Shown: positions 1-11,534, counted from the first letter of the stretch. The stretch is 64,000 bases of DNA from Actinomycetota bacterium (GCA_009886115.1 VFJJ01000051.1:1-64000), one strand, 5' to 3'. The notes: generated by a model from the sequence alone, not told the origin. Made by a program: numbers and translations.

Positions 1-41
1 GAGCGGCGCGGGGTGGCGGGGTGTCGGGGCTTCCGTGCCGG

Positions 42-1136
42 TCAGCGGGCGGCGCTGAGGCGGAGGTCGGGATGGGAACGGGGGGTCTCGGGGTGCGACG
101 TCGACGTGCTGGGCCGATCGTCGAGGGCCCAACCGGTGAGCAGCGCCCCGAGGAGCCGCTCGGGATCGTCGTCGGTCGCGAACCAGGTGATGCGGGGATC
201 ACGCCTGAACCACATGCGCTGGCGTCGGGCCAGAGCGCGGGTACGAGCGACGATCTCCGGGAGCACGTCGACGGGCGCCCGGCCTGACAGGAGCTCTTTG
301 TAGCCGATGGCCTGCGCTGCGGTGCGCGACATTTCCGGGTGGCGCCGAGCCAACAGCGCGACCTCATCGGCCAGGCCGGCCGCCAGCATGCCCCGCGCCC
401 GGCGTTCGATCCGAGCCGCCAGGACCGGCCGGGGCAGCCAGACGCCGGCGAGACGAACCGGGAACACGGGCTCGCCGTACGACGACATCCCCGGTCCGAA
501 CGACGAGAACGGTCGACCGGTCCCGTTGACCACCTCGAGGGCCCGCACCACGCGTCGGTGGTTCGTCGGCTCGATGCGGCGTGCCGCCTCGGGATCGAGC
601 ACGTCGAGCTCGGCGTGGAGGCGGGCCAAGCCTCCGGGGCTCGATGCTGCGACCTCCAGCCTGGCCCGGATCCCCGGGAAGTCGCCGGGCAGCGTCAATC
701 CGTCGACGACGGCCTGCACGTAGAGCCCGGTGCCGCCCACGAGACAGGCACGGTGGCCACGCCCCTCGATCTCGGCCACCACCTCGGACACTGCCGACTG
801 GGTTCGGGCGACCGACCACTCCTCGTTCGGCTCGACGACATCGAGGAGGTGATGGCGTACCCGCCGCTGCTCGGCCAGGGTCGCCTTGGCCGTCCCGAGG
901 TCCATCCCCCGGTACACCTGCATCGAGTCGAGCGTCACGATCTCGACGTCACCGAGAACCTCGGCGACGGCCAGGGCCAGGCTCGACTTCCCCGAGGCCG
1001 TGGGCCCGACCAGCGCCAGATGGGTTCGCCCGCCGGGTCTGCTCGTTCTCTCGTTGCGACGCTCCGACAGGGGGACCTCGACGCGAGGGCCGGCCACGCC
1101 CGGACGGGAGCGGGCGCTCGGGGCCTCAGCCGGCAT
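42..1136 (-). CDS. miaA: tRNA dimethylallyltransferase
   Basis: GPTASGKS P-loop, DSMQVYRGMDLGTAK, VGGTGLY, QAIGYKE and RRQRMWFR motifs; ATG overlaps the end of miaB. The exact start is uncertain. Confidence 0.95.
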   Translation of the reverse strand: MPAEAPSARSRPGVAGPRVEVPLSERRNERTSRPGGRTHLALVGPTASGKSSLALAVAEVLGDVEIVTLDSMQVYRGMDLGTAKATLAEQRRVRHHLLDVVEPNEEWSVARTQSAVSEVVAEIEGRGHRACLVGGTGLYVQAVVDGLTLPGDFPGIRARLEVAASSPGGLARLHAELDVLDPEAARRIEPTNHRRVVRALEVVNGTGRPFSSFGPGMSSYGEPVFPVRLAGVWLPRPVLAARIERRARGMLAAGLADEVALLARRHPEMSRTAAQAIGYKELLSGRAPVDVLPEIVARTRALARRQRMWFRRDPRITWFATDDDPERLLGALLTGWALDDRPSTSTSHPETPRSHPDLRLSAAR

Positions 1137-2598
1137 CGAGGCTCAGGGCGATCGCCGCGGCGACGCCGGGCGCGGCCTCGCCATCCCGGACTGCATGGCC
1201 GCCGGCGCTGGACTCGGCGCGGTCGAGGTGGGCCGAGACCGGGATGCGGATGCGGGCCCGACGCGGGACGCTCGTCACCTTGACCAGACGCCCGGCGAGA
1301 TGATGGGGCGCCGCCGCGGTGATCTCGACCTCGGCGTAGGAACCGGCTCGCAGGTCGGCCGCGAAGTGGACGAGCTTGTTCTGCCTGGTGCGGGCCGAGA
1401 GCATCGCGGCGTCCTTCTTCGACGGACCCTCGACCAGGACCTCCTCGACCCGCCCGATCCGCGCTCGGGCCCGCTCGAGGGCACTCGCTTCGACGACCTC
1501 GACGAGACGCCGCATCCGCTGACGCGCCACCGCATCGGGGACGAACTCGTCGGCCATCAACGCCGCCTCGGTGCCGGGCCGGGGCGAGAACACGAACGTG
1601 TAGGTGCTGTCGTAGTTCGCCTCGCGGGCCACCTCGAGCGTGCGCTCGAAGTCGTCGTCGGTCTCGCCGGGGAACCCCACGATGATGTCGGTGGTCACGG
1701 CCAGGTCGTCGACCGCGGCACGGGCCATGGCCAGGCGCTCGAGGTACCGCTCGGCCGTGTAGCCCCGATGCATCCGCGCCAGGATCCGATCGCTCCCCGA
1801 CTGCAACGGCAGATGCAGATGCTCGCACACCGACCGGCACTCGGCCATGGCGCTGGCCGTCTCCGGACGCAGGTCCTTCGGATGCGGCGACGTGTACCTG
1901 ACCCGCCGGATGCCGGGAATCGCGTCGACCGCACGCAACAGATCGGCGAAGAGGGGTCGCCACTGTCCGGCCCCGAGATCGCGCCCGTACGAGTTGACGT
2001 TCTGGCCGAGGAGGGTGATCTCGGTGACGCCGTCGGCCGCGAGGCCCTCGACCTCGTGCACGATGTCGCCCAGGCGTCGACTGATCTCCTTGCCGCGCAC
2101 CGCGGGAACGATGCAGAAGGCGCACGAGTTGTCGCAGCCGATCTGGATCGTCACCCACGCTGCGTGCTCGACGTCGCGCCGGGCCGGCAGTGCCGACGGG
2201 AACGTCTCGGACTCCTCGAGGATCTCCACGACCGGGCCCGAGCGTCGAGCCTGGTCGAGCAGCACTGCCGCGCGGTCGAGGTTGTGGGTTCCGAACACGA
2301 CGTCGACGTGGGGCGCTCGCATCTGGATCGCCTCGCGGTCCTTCTGGGCGAGACACCCCGCGACGGCGATCTGAACATCGGGGCGGACGGCCTTCAACGA
2401 CGCCAGGTGGCCGAGATGGCCGTACAGCTTGTTGTCGGCGTTCTCCCGGATGCAGCAGGTGTTGAGGACCACCACGTCGGCCGCTTCGACGTCGGTGGTG
2501 GCCTCCATGCCGTCGGCCGCGAGCAGGCCCGCGATGCGCTCGGAATCGTGTTCGTTCATCTGGCACCCGAAGGTGCGGATGTGGAAGCGGCGGGTCAC
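1126..2598 (-). CDS. miaB: tRNA-2-methylthio-N6-dimethylallyladenosine synthase (radical SAM methylthiotransferase)
   Basis: [22 protein letters not shown], radical [12 protein letters not shown]-terminal TRAM domain. TACACT lies 6 nt before the GTG, suggesting a leaderless transcript. Confidence 0.96.
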   Translation of the reverse strand: MTRRFHIRTFGCQMNEHDSERIAGLLAADGMEATTDVEAADVVVLNTCCIRENADNKLYGHLGHLASLKAVRPDVQIAVAGCLAQKDREAIQMRAPHVDVVFGTHNLDRAAVLLDQARRSGPVVEILEESETFPSALPARRDVEHAAWVTIQIGCDNSCAFCIVPAVRGKEISRRLGDIVHEVEGLAADGVTEITLLGQNVNSYGRDLGAGQWRPLFADLLRAVDAIPGIRRVRYTSPHPKDLRPETASAMAECRSVCEHLHLPLQSGSDRILARMHRGYTAERYLERLAMARAAVDDLAVTTDIIVGFPGETDDDFERTLEVAREANYDSTYTFVFSPRPGTEAALMADEFVPDAVARQRMRRLVEVVEASALERARARIGRVEEVLVEGPSKKDAAMLSARTRQNKLVHFAADLRAGSYAEVEITAAAPHHLAGRLVKVTSVPRRARIRIPVSAHLDRAESSAGGHAVRDGEAAPGVAAAIALSLDAG

Positions 2599-2635
2599 GG
2601 GGGAAGTGTACGGGCCCGTTGGCGCCGGACGACCC

Positions 2636-3682
<1,047 letters not shown>

Positions 3683-3732
3683 CGGATCCTCCTAGAGCGG
3701 TTGCACATCGTCGACAGGTCGTGGTCAGAACC

Positions 3733-3748
3733 CCGAACAGACATTCGA
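3733..3748. promoter_or_regulatory. Imperfect LexA (SOS) box in the recA leader
   Basis: CCGAAC-AGAC-ATTCGA has one core mismatch to the actinobacterial GAAC-N4-GTTC box and lies ~50 nt upstream of the recA start. Confidence 0.55.
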
Positions 3749-3764
3749 GAGGCTCATGCGGAGG

Positions 3765-3786
3765 AGGATACGCACGGGGTGTGACA
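3765..3786 (-). promoter_or_regulatory. PafBC-type (RecA-NDp) promoter of recA (P1-like)
   Basis: Minus strand reads TGTCAC-ACCCCGTGCG(10 nt)-TATCCT, matching the TGTCR.-N10-TANNNT geometry of mycobacterial RecA-NDp promoters. Confidence 0.7.
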
Positions 3787-3879
3787 CAAACCCCGGACCC
3801 CGATGTCGAGTGCAGCTTCGGCATCGAGAACACGGCGAGCAGGTCGAACCACCGGCGTGGAGTTCCACCGATGGGATTC

Positions 3880-3908
3880 AACCTATCAGCGAACGTTCGT
3901 TCGATCAA
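3880..3908 (-). promoter_or_regulatory. SigA-type recA promoter (P2-like) with an overlapping LexA box
   Basis: Minus strand reads TTGATC-N17-TAGGTT. A perfect-core SOS box GCGAAC-GTTC-GTTCGA at 3889-3904 spans the spacer and overlaps the -35. Confidence 0.8.
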
Positions 3909-4512
3909 GCATTCTCGCCCGAAACGCCGCTCGGGCCGAGTTGGGCGCCAGAGGCGCCACGGCCAGCGGCACGTACCGGTTCCCGATCCCGTCGGGCACG
4001 CTCTCGAACAACACCAGCTCGGTCACGGCGAATCGGGGCCCGACCGTCTTGCCGGCCAGGTCGTTGAGCAGCAGCCGGACGTCGGCTTCGTCCGTCAGCT
4101 GGCACACGGTGAGATGCGAGAGGTGGGGCCGCCGATCGGTGGCGAAGCCCATCCGTTCGAGGGGGCCGCTCAGGCCCCGTGCCGCCGTCTCGATCCGATG
4201 ACCGCCCTGGGCCACCCCGAGCCACACCGTCGAGGCTCGCATCGGTGACGGAAACGCCCCGAAGCCCCCGAACTGCATCGAGAACTGCGAGATGCGGGCG
4301 GTGGCCGCCGCCATGGCGAGCGCCACCGATCGGGCCTCGTCGGTCATTCCGAGGAAGCGCAGGGTCACGTGCCACTGCTCGCGCCGCGACCACCGGAGGA
4401 TGTCGCGCTGGGTCCGGCGCGGTCCGAGATGCTGCTCGATCGCGAGGATGACCGGATCAGGCGGTCGAATGCCGATGAACAGGCGACGAGAGCGGCCATA
4501 GAGGTCGGGCAT
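3886..4512 (-). CDS. thpR: RNA 2',3'-cyclic phosphodiesterase (2H phosphoesterase, 2'-5' RNA ligase family)
   Basis: RLFIGI start and two HxT motifs (WHVTLRF, SHLTV); ATG at 4512 with GAGGAG RBS; usual position between cinA and recA. Confidence 0.88.
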   Translation of the reverse strand: MPDLYGRSRRLFIGIRPPDPVILAIEQHLGPRRTQRDILRWSRREQWHVTLRFLGMTDEARSVALAMAAATARISQFSMQFGGFGAFPSPMRASTVWLGVAQGGHRIETAARGLSGPLERMGFATDRRPHLSHLTVCQLTDEADVRLLLNDLAGKTVGPRFAVTELVLFESVPDGIGNRYVPLAVAPLAPNSARAAFRARMLDRTNVR

Positions 4513-4529
4513 GACTGTGCTCCTCGCGC

Positions 4530-5855
4530 CTAGCTGTGGCCGAGCGCCAGCAGGCGCATGCGCAAGAGGTTGAGGACCGAGATGCTCGAGAACTGGCGGA
4601 TCCGGTCTCGATCGCCCGGCAGCCGGGTCGAGACGGCTTCGAGCGGCACGCCCGGGATCGCCAGGCCCATCCAGACCGTACCCACCGGATGACCGTCGAG
4701 CGGGTCGGGGCCGGCGACACCGGTCGTCGAGATCCCGACATCGGCGCCGAGCACCCGACGGACGTTGTCGGCCATCTCGCGAGCGCACTGGGCCGAGACC
4801 ACCTCGGGCGCCTGCACCCCGAGCACCGAGCGCTTGACGTCGGTGGCGTACGAGACCACGCCGCCCCGGAACACCTCGGACGCCCCCGGCACCGAGCAGA
4901 TGCGCGACGCCACCAGCCCGCCCGTGACCGACTCGGCCACGGCGAGGGTCCAGCCCCGCTTCCGACAGAGGTCGAGGACGGTGTGCTCCATCGTCTCGTC
5001 GTCGACGGCGAACACGAGATCGCCGACCAGCGCACGCAGGGTGGCTTCCTCGGGCTCGATGAGCGCATCGGCCTCCTCGGCCGAGGGGGCCTTGGCGGTC
5101 ATGCGGATGCAGATGCCCTCGATCCCCCGAGCCAGGAAGGCGATGGTCGGGTTGCTCTGGGCCTGCACCCGAGCGTCGATCATCTCGGCCAGACCCGATT
5201 CCGAAGCACCCCAGGTCTTGAGCGTGCGCGACACGATGACCGCGCGCTCACCCATGCGGTCGAGGAGATCGGGGAGCACCTGTTCAGTGATCATGCGGGT
5301 CATCTCGTAGGGAACGCCGGGCACGGCGTACACGACCTTTTGACGCTGCTCGAAAGTATCGGGCGGGCCGATCGGGCACTTGAGGCCTGGGGCGGTCCCG
5401 ATGGGGTTCCAGAGGACCGCTGCGCCCTCGGGCACATCGGCCTGGCGCAGGTTGTTGGCCGGGAAGTCGCGTCCTCGGGCGGCGAACATCCCTGCGATGT
5501 GCTCGACGATGCGTTCGTCGCGCACGAGTGGGGCCGGCGTCGACGAGGAGACGGCGTGGTCGAGGCGACCGAGATGATCGAGGCCGTCGCGGGCTCGACC
5601 CATCACCGTGGCGATGCACTCCCGGGTCACGTCATCGGGCGTGGGGCCGAGGCCGCCGCAGACGATCACGGCGTCGGCGCCGGCGAGCAGACGTTCGAGC
5701 GCCGCCACGATCCGGTCCTCGTTGTCGCCGATCTTCACGTGCTCGACGGTGTCGATCCCGTGCTCGGCCAGACGTTCACCGATCCAGGCGCTGTTCGTGT
5801 CGACGATCTGGCCGAGCAACAGCTCGGTCCCGATGGCCAGGACCTCGCATCTCAT
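4530..5855 (-). CDS. cinA: Competence/damage-inducible protein CinA (MoCF-like domain + NMN deamidase PncC domain)
   Basis: IGTELLLGQIVDTNS, GGLGPTPDDVTR, PGVPYEM and AESVTGG motifs. Confidence 0.94.
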   Translation of the reverse strand: MRCEVLAIGTELLLGQIVDTNSAWIGERLAEHGIDTVEHVKIGDNEDRIVAALERLLAGADAVIVCGGLGPTPDDVTRECIATVMGRARDGLDHLGRLDHAVSSSTPAPLVRDERIVEHIAGMFAARGRDFPANNLRQADVPEGAAVLWNPIGTAPGLKCPIGPPDTFEQRQKVVYAVPGVPYEMTRMITEQVLPDLLDRMGERAVIVSRTLKTWGASESGLAEMIDARVQAQSNPTIAFLARGIEGICIRMTAKAPSAEEADALIEPEEATLRALVGDLVFAVDDETMEHTVLDLCRKRGWTLAVAESVTGGLVASRICSVPGASEVFRGGVVSYATDVKRSVLGVQAPEVVSAQCAREMADNVRRVLGADVGISTTGVAGPDPLDGHPVGTVWMGLAIPGVPLEAVSTRLPGDRDRIRQFSSISVLNLLRMRLLALGHS

Positions 5856-5918
5856 CGATCTGCGCTCCTTCGCCCGAACGGGCTCCTGGGTCGGCTCGTC
5901 GCGAAGACGTGCCGACGG

Positions 5919-6584
5919 TCATGACGGGTCGAGGTTCGCCACCGGCTCTCCGGGGCGGGGCCGGGTGGCTCTGAACACGATCTGTGCGCCCGACCACACG
6001 GTGAACCCGCAGGCCACCCAGAGCCCGAGGTCGAGCAGCCAGCGCTCGTCGACCAGGACGGGGGTGATGGCCAACAAGACCGCGCCCATCTGCACGTTGG
6101 TCTTGACCTTGCCGAGCATCGTGGCTGGCAGCGAGACGCCGCGCCGGCCGAGCACCGACCGGTAGACCTGGATGCCCACCTCGCGGCCGGTGACCACCAG
6201 TACCGGGAGCCAGGCGAACAGGTCGTCGGCCGCGAGGGTGATGAAGGCGCCCACGGTGAAGAACTTGTCGGCAAGAGGATCGAGGAACGCCCCCGAGCGC
6301 GTTGCACCGTCGCGGCGGGCCAACCAGCCGTCGAACCCGTCGGATGCGCTCAGCACGAACCAAGCCCCGACCGCGAGCCACGAGGCACCGTCGGTGGCGA
6401 CCAGCCACAACCACGGGACCGTCAGGACGATCCGAGCGGCGGTCACCGCGTTGGCCGGGGTCATGATCGCCCTGTCGTTGAAGCGCCTGATTGCGGGGAC
6501 GCTCACCGCATGCGCCGGGACCGGGACCGGAGCCGGAGCCGGCACGGAGGCCGGTCCCGGCGGCGGCCCGAGCGGTTCGCTCAC
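5919..6584 (-). CDS. pgsA: CDP-diacylglycerol--glycerol-3-phosphate 3-phosphatidyltransferase
   Basis: PANAVTAARI and CDP-alcohol phosphotransferase motif DGFDGWLARR...GAFLDPLADK. GTG at 6584 overlaps the rimO stop (GTGA); an alternative start is the internal MTPAN. Confidence 0.88.
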   Translation of the reverse strand: MSEPLGPPPGPASVPAPAPVPVPAHAVSVPAIRRFNDRAIMTPANAVTAARIVLTVPWLWLVATDGASWLAVGAWFVLSASDGFDGWLARRDGATRSGAFLDPLADKFFTVGAFITLAADDLFAWLPVLVVTGREVGIQVYRSVLGRRGVSLPATMLGKVKTNVQMGAVLLAITPVLVDERWLLDLGLWVACGFTVWSGAQIVFRATRPRPGEPVANLDPS

Positions 6585-8035
6585 AGGGCCGCTCCGACCG
6601 CCGAGATCGGGCCGGTCGTGGCCGGAGCAGTCGCCGGCGTCACCGCTGCGAGGGCGACAGCCTCGAGATCGGCGCCCATCGCGCCGGTGACCAGGGCCCG
6701 GACGATGGATCCGGGACGACCAGCGAGACACCCGCTGACGGTGACGACACCATCGATCTCGGGCGCTTCGCGATGGGTTCGGCCCACCGCAACTCCAGCA
6801 GCCGCAGCGGAGGCGGCACCAGTGGGGGCGGCGCCAGCGCCATCGGCTTCGGCATCCCGCTCGAACCGGTCGATGAGCACCTCGACGGTAGTGCCGATCA
6901 GGGCGTCGCGACGTGACGCGGTGATGGGATCCTGGAGCGCCGCGCACTCGCGCAGCCGTTCGGCCACCAGCTCGGGATCGGGGGCACCGTCCATCGACGC
7001 CGCGGCCGTTCCGTCCTCGCGTGAGAACGCGAAGAACCCCGCCCAGTCGAGCTCGACATCGGCGAGAAAGCCCAAGAGTGCGTCGTGGTCGTCCTCGGTC
7101 TCGCCCGGGAAGCCGACGATGAACGACGAGCGGAACGCCGCCTCGGGTCGCCGGTCACGGATGCCGTCGATCATCGAGCGGAAGCGGTCGCCGTCACCCC
7201 AGCGGGCCATGCGGCGCAACAGCGGCCGGGATGCGTGCTGGAGCGAGAGGTCGAAGTACGGGACGACCGTCGGCAACTCGACCATCGTCGACACCAGCGG
7301 GTCGCGTACCTCCGACGGGTAGAGGTACAGCAGGCGGACGCGCTGGAGCCCGTCGACCGCCAGCTCGTCGAGGCGCCTGAGGAGCGGGGCCAGCGACCCG
7401 GGCTCACCCACGTCGCGGCCGTACCACGCCAGATCCTGGGCGACGAGGACGAGCTCGGCGACACCGCCGTGGACGAGGGAGCGGGCCTCGGCCAGGATCG
7501 ACTCGGGGGTGCGCGACCGCTGGGCGCCGCGGAACGACGGGATGGCGCAGAAGGCGCAGGCCCGGTCGCAGCCCTCGGCCACCTTCAGGTACGCCCACGG
7601 TGCGCTCGGCGCCGCCCGCGGCAGTTCGAGCAGGTCACGGACACCCTTGGGCTTGCGCTTGAGGGCGATGGCGGTGGGCACGAGGAATCCGGCGACCGCG
7701 GCGATCGAGCCCTCACCCGCGAACCCCACCACGGCGTGCACCTCGGGGAGGGCCTCGGCCAGCTCGGCCCCGTACCGCTCGGCCATGCAGCCCGTCACCA
7801 CCACGCGTGCACCTTCGGGGGCGGCGTCGGTCAGGGCCAGCGTGACCTCGATCGACTCGACCCGGGCGGCCTCGACGAAGGCGCACGTGTTCACCACGAC
7901 CAGGTCGGCGTGGGCGGCGTCGACCGCGGGCACCAGCCCGTCGGCGATGAGCGAGGCCCTCACCTTGTCGGAGTCGACCGCGTTCTTGGGGCAGCCGAGG
8001 GTCTCGACATGAAATCGGCGAACCGGACTCGACAT
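6581..8035 (-). CDS. rimO: Ribosomal protein S12 methylthiotransferase
   Basis: TLGCPKNAVDS, NTCAFV, AEGCDRACAFCAIP, LLYLYP and EAPEIDG motifs. Confidence 0.94.
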   Translation of the reverse strand: MSSPVRRFHVETLGCPKNAVDSDKVRASLIADGLVPAVDAAHADLVVVNTCAFVEAARVESIEVTLALTDAAPEGARVVVTGCMAERYGAELAEALPEVHAVVGFAGEGSIAAVAGFLVPTAIALKRKPKGVRDLLELPRAAPSAPWAYLKVAEGCDRACAFCAIPSFRGAQRSRTPESILAEARSLVHGGVAELVLVAQDLAWYGRDVGEPGSLAPLLRRLDELAVDGLQRVRLLYLYPSEVRDPLVSTMVELPTVVPYFDLSLQHASRPLLRRMARWGDGDRFRSMIDGIRDRRPEAAFRSSFIVGFPGETEDDHDALLGFLADVELDWAGFFAFSREDGTAAASMDGAPDPELVAERLRECAALQDPITASRRDALIGTTVEVLIDRFERDAEADGAGAAPTGAASAAAAGVAVGRTHREAPEIDGVVTVSGCLAGRPGSIVRALVTGAMGADLEAVALAAVTPATAPATTGPISAVGAAL

Positions 8036-8096
8036 CTCCCAAGCCTACCGGCCCCACCCCGGCTCGACCGGGGTGCCGACAGGTAGTGTGCGCCCC

Positions 8097-8516
8097 ATGC
8101 CGCTCTTTCGCCCGCTCCGGCCATCGGACGACGCCGACGACGAAGCATCTGAGGAGGAGGACGACGACTACCAGTACGACCCCGAGGGCGTCCCTCCCAT
8201 GGTGGAGATCGGGCGGTTCCCCAAGTTGGCGACGATCATCCTGCGACGTCGTTTGGAGACCGTCGGCATCACGGTGATGGTCGAGTGGACCGATCCCGGC
8301 GCCGACGCCGTGGGGACGCTCCTCGTTCCCGAGCCCTCAGCGGAGTTCGCCGAGGCCGTCGTCAACGAGCTCGACATCGCCGACGAGGTTCCCGACACGT
8401 CGCCGTCGGCGTACCTGGGCCGGATCGAGGAGCACCTCAGCGCGATCGGCGGGCTCCTCGAGGAGCTCCGGGCCCGGGTCGAGCTCATCGAAGCCGGCGA
8501 GGGCGACGACTCCTAG
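8097..8516 (+). CDS. Acidic hypothetical protein, possibly DUF2007-like
   Basis: Plausible 139-aa protein with a RRRLETVGI...GTLLVPE..AEFAEAVV pattern and a C-terminal coiled coil. TAGTGT lies 7 nt before the ATG. Confidence 0.7.
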   Translation: MPLFRPLRPSDDADDEASEEEDDDYQYDPEGVPPMVEIGRFPKLATIILRRRLETVGITVMVEWTDPGADAVGTLLVPEPSAEFAEAVVNELDIADEVPDTSPSAYLGRIEEHLSAIGGLLEELRARVELIEAGEGDDS

Positions 8517-8825
8517 CGTCCTCAGCTCTGCTTGGATCGAGCGGCCTCGGACGAGAAGGCGCCGTCATCTCGTCCAGCGATGGCGCCGAGCGTGCCGGGC
8601 CACCAGGTCTGCGAGCCGGGCGGCTACGGTCGGATCGACGCGCACGAATCGACAGTGGATCCGATACGTGCCATCGCCGCCCAGGCGCGGAGACTCGGTG
8701 CGCACGACCACCGCGTCGGTCGAGGCGGGACCATCGGCGAGCGTGAGAGGTATCGGCCCCCGAAGCTCGAACTTGACCCAGCGCCAGCTGCACCGGGAAC
8801 GGCACGGGTCGACCCGTCCCGGCAC

Positions 8826-11534
8826 CTACGAGCGCAGGGCGAGGCTCTGCTCGTACTCGTCGACGGTCATCAGGACGGTCCGGGCCTTCGACCCTTCGGA
8901 CGGTCCCACGACGCCCCGCTGCTCGAGCAGATCCATGATGCGCCCGGCCCGGGCGAAGCCCACCCGCAGCTTGCGCTGGAGCATGCTGGTCGAGCCGAGC
9001 TGGGACCGCACGATCATCTCCATCGCCGCCACGATCAGGTCGTCGTCGACGTCGTCGGCGGTACCACCCCCGCCCGTCGAACCGCCGGTGGCGTCAGGCC
9101 CGCCCGGGCCCCCCTCGGCGATCCCGTCGACGTACGACAGCTCCTCGACCTGGCGCTTCCAGTGGATCGAGACCTTGCGGATGTCGGCCTCGTCGATCCA
9201 CGCGCCCTGGATGCGCTGCGCCGTCCCCGACGAGGCCGCCAGCAGGAGCATGTCACCCTTGCCGATGAGCTTCTCCGCCCCGGCCTGATCGAGGATGACT
9301 CGGGAGTCGGCGATCGACGACACCGAGAACGCCAGGCGCGACGGCACGTTGGCCTTGATCACGCCGGTGATGACATCGACGGATGGCCGCTGCGTGGCGA
9401 TCACGAGGTGGATGCCGACCGCCCGGGCCATCTGGGCGATCCGGCAGATGCTCGTCTCGACGTCTCGGGCGGCGACCATCATGAGGTCGTTGAGCTCGTC
9501 GACCACGATGAGGATGAACGGCAGCCGCTCGTAGCGCGGCTCGCCGGTGGTGGTCTCGCTCGGTGCGCCGTTGATGGCTGCCAGCTCGCCCCGGTCGTAG
9601 GCCGCGTTGTAGCCGGTGATGTCGCGGACGCCGACCTCGGACAGCACGTCGTAGCGCCGCTCCATCTCGCGCACCGCCCAATCGAGGGCGTTGGCCGCCT
9701 TCTTGGGGTCGACCACGACCGCCGTGAGCAGGTGGGGCAGGTCGTTGTAGGCGGTCAACTCGACCCGCTTGGGGTCGATGAGGATCATCCGCACCTGGTC
9801 GGGCGTGGCCCGCATCAGGATCGACGTGATGATCGAGTTGATGCAGCTCGACTTGCCGGCACCGGTCGCGCCAGCGATCAGCACGTGCGGCATCGTCGCC
9901 ATGTTGGCGGTCACGGGGCGACCGGCGATATCGCGTCCGATGCCGACCTCGAGCGGATGGACGGCCGCGGCAGCCTCGGGCGAGCTGAGGATCCCTCCGA
10001 GCGAGACCAGCTGCCGCTGGCGGTTCGGCACCTCGACCCCGATGGCCGAACGCCCGGGGATGGGCGCCAGGATGCGCACGTCGGCCGACGCCATGGCGTA
10101 GGAGATGTCCTTGGTCAGCGAGGTCACCTTGTTGACCTTCACGCCGGCGGCGAGCTCGAGCTCGTACCGGGTGACGGTGGGCCCCACGGTCATCCCGACC
10201 AGGCTGGCTTCGACGCCGAACTGGTGGAGCGTGGCCTCGAGCGTCCGGCCGCCCTCCTCGACGAGCTTGCGGTCGATCGGCCGGGCGGCGCCGTTCGACA
10301 ACAGGCCCAACGGTGGCAGCTTCCAGTGCCCGGTCGGCTGCTCGGCGCCGAGGCGCATGGCCAGCTGCTCGCCGTCGACGGGGGGTGCGTCGTCGACCGG
10401 GGCGGTCCGAGGTCGCGTTCGGCGCCCGGCGGCCTCGACGCTCGGGCCGGCGGGAGTCGCGGGAGTCGATGGGGCGGACCCCGCGACCTCCACGGGGTGC
10501 TCGGGTGCCGGGGCCGCATCGTGGACCTGGTCACCATGGTCACCCTGGTCGTACAGGCTGAGCACGACTCGAGCGTCGCGGGCCCGGTCCCGTCGAGCGC
10601 GATCACCCCCACGGGAGCGGGGCGCGTCGGTGCCGAGATCGAGCATCGCATCGACAGGATCGTCGGCATCGTCGGCATAGACGGCGTCGACGGGTGCCCG
10701 TCGTGACGGGCGCGAGTACTCTTCGAGGGAGCCCAGGGCCCGGATCGAGCTGATCATCGAACCCATGGCCCACCGGATGCTGACGCCGCAACCCCGGAGG
10801 ACCCGGCGGACCGAGATGCCGCTGGCCACGATGAAGCCCAACGTGGCGATGCAGATCAGGACCGAGGCCGCGCCCCAGCGGGCCAACCCGGCCTCGAGCG
10901 TGCCGCCGACGAGAGCCCCGAGCAGCCCCCCGGCGCGACGCAGCGAGTCGAGGGTCCCGTCACCGACGGGAGCGTCGCTGAAGATGTGGAGCAAGCCGAT
11001 CCACGCGCCGAACAAGATCGGCAGCCCGACAGCGACGCGCACCACCGGGGAGGCCGGACGCTCCCCTGTCGGGGAGCCCGGTGTCCGCACCAACCCGGTC
11101 GAGCTGTCCGAGCCCGTGAGCAACACGCCGCCGACGAGCACCGCGACCACCGGCAGCACGTAGCGGCCCAGCCCGACCAGGGCGCCCGACGCCAGCCGGA
11201 TCGACCGGCCCAACGGGCCCGACTGGTCGACGTAGACGCCCAGCGCGACGACGATCCCGAGCGAGACCGAGGCCAGGCCCCAAACGTCACGACGGTGGTA
11301 CCGCAGGACCCGGGCCGCGGCGGCCGTTGCTCGCGACGGCTCGCGTTCACGCCGACGAGCGGGAACCGACCGGTCGTGACGGGACGGTCGTCGACCAGCA
11401 CGGGCGCCGGCAGCGGGACGGGCCCGGCTGGCGTCACCGGGCCGGGGCTTGGCCCGAGCCACCGGCCGAGCGCGGGGAGTTGGTTGCTGACGCCCGCGCG
11501 ACGGTGTGCTCTTGCGTGTCGATGATCCACTCAC
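8826..11534 (-). CDS. ftsK: DNA translocase FtsK
   Basis: N-terminal TM segments, GATGAGKS Walker A, VVDELNDLMM, ATQRPSVDVITG, gamma domain STSMLQRKLRVGFARAGRIMD. Confidence 0.97.
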   Translation of the reverse strand: MSGSSTRKSTPSRGRQQPTPRARPVARAKPRPGDASRARPAAGARAGRRPSRHDRSVPARRREREPSRATAAAARVLRYHRRDVWGLASVSLGIVVALGVYVDQSGPLGRSIRLASGALVGLGRYVLPVVAVLVGGVLLTGSDSSTGLVRTPGSPTGERPASPVVRVAVGLPILFGAWIGLLHIFSDAPVGDGTLDSLRRAGGLLGALVGGTLEAGLARWGAASVLICIATLGFIVASGISVRRVLRGCGVSIRWAMGSMISSIRALGSLEEYSRPSRRAPVDAVYADDADDPVDAMLDLGTDAPRSRGGDRARRDRARDARVVLSLYDQGDHGDQVHDAAPAPEHPVEVAGSAPSTPATPAGPSVEAAGRRTRPRTAPVDDAPPVDGEQLAMRLGAEQPTGHWKLPPLGLLSNGAARPIDRKLVEEGGRTLEATLHQFGVEASLVGMTVGPTVTRYELELAAGVKVNKVTSLTKDISYAMASADVRILAPIPGRSAIGVEVPNRQRQLVSLGGILSSPEAAAAVHPLEVGIGRDIAGRPVTANMATMPHVLIAGATGAGKSSCINSIITSILMRATPDQVRMILIDPKRVELTAYNDLPHLLTAVVVDPKKAANALDWAVREMERRYDVLSEVGVRDITGYNAAYDRGELAAINGAPSETTTGEPRYERLPFILIVVDELNDLMMVAARDVETSICRIAQMARAVGIHLVIATQRPSVDVITGVIKANVPSRLAFSVSSIADSRVILDQAGAEKLIGKGDMLLLAASSGTAQRIQGAWIDEADIRKVSIHWKRQVEELSYVDGIAEGGPGGPDATGGSTGGGGTADDVDDDLIVAAMEMIVRSQLGSTSMLQRKLRVGFARAGRIMDLLEQRGVVGPSEGSKARTVLMTVDEYEQSLALRS

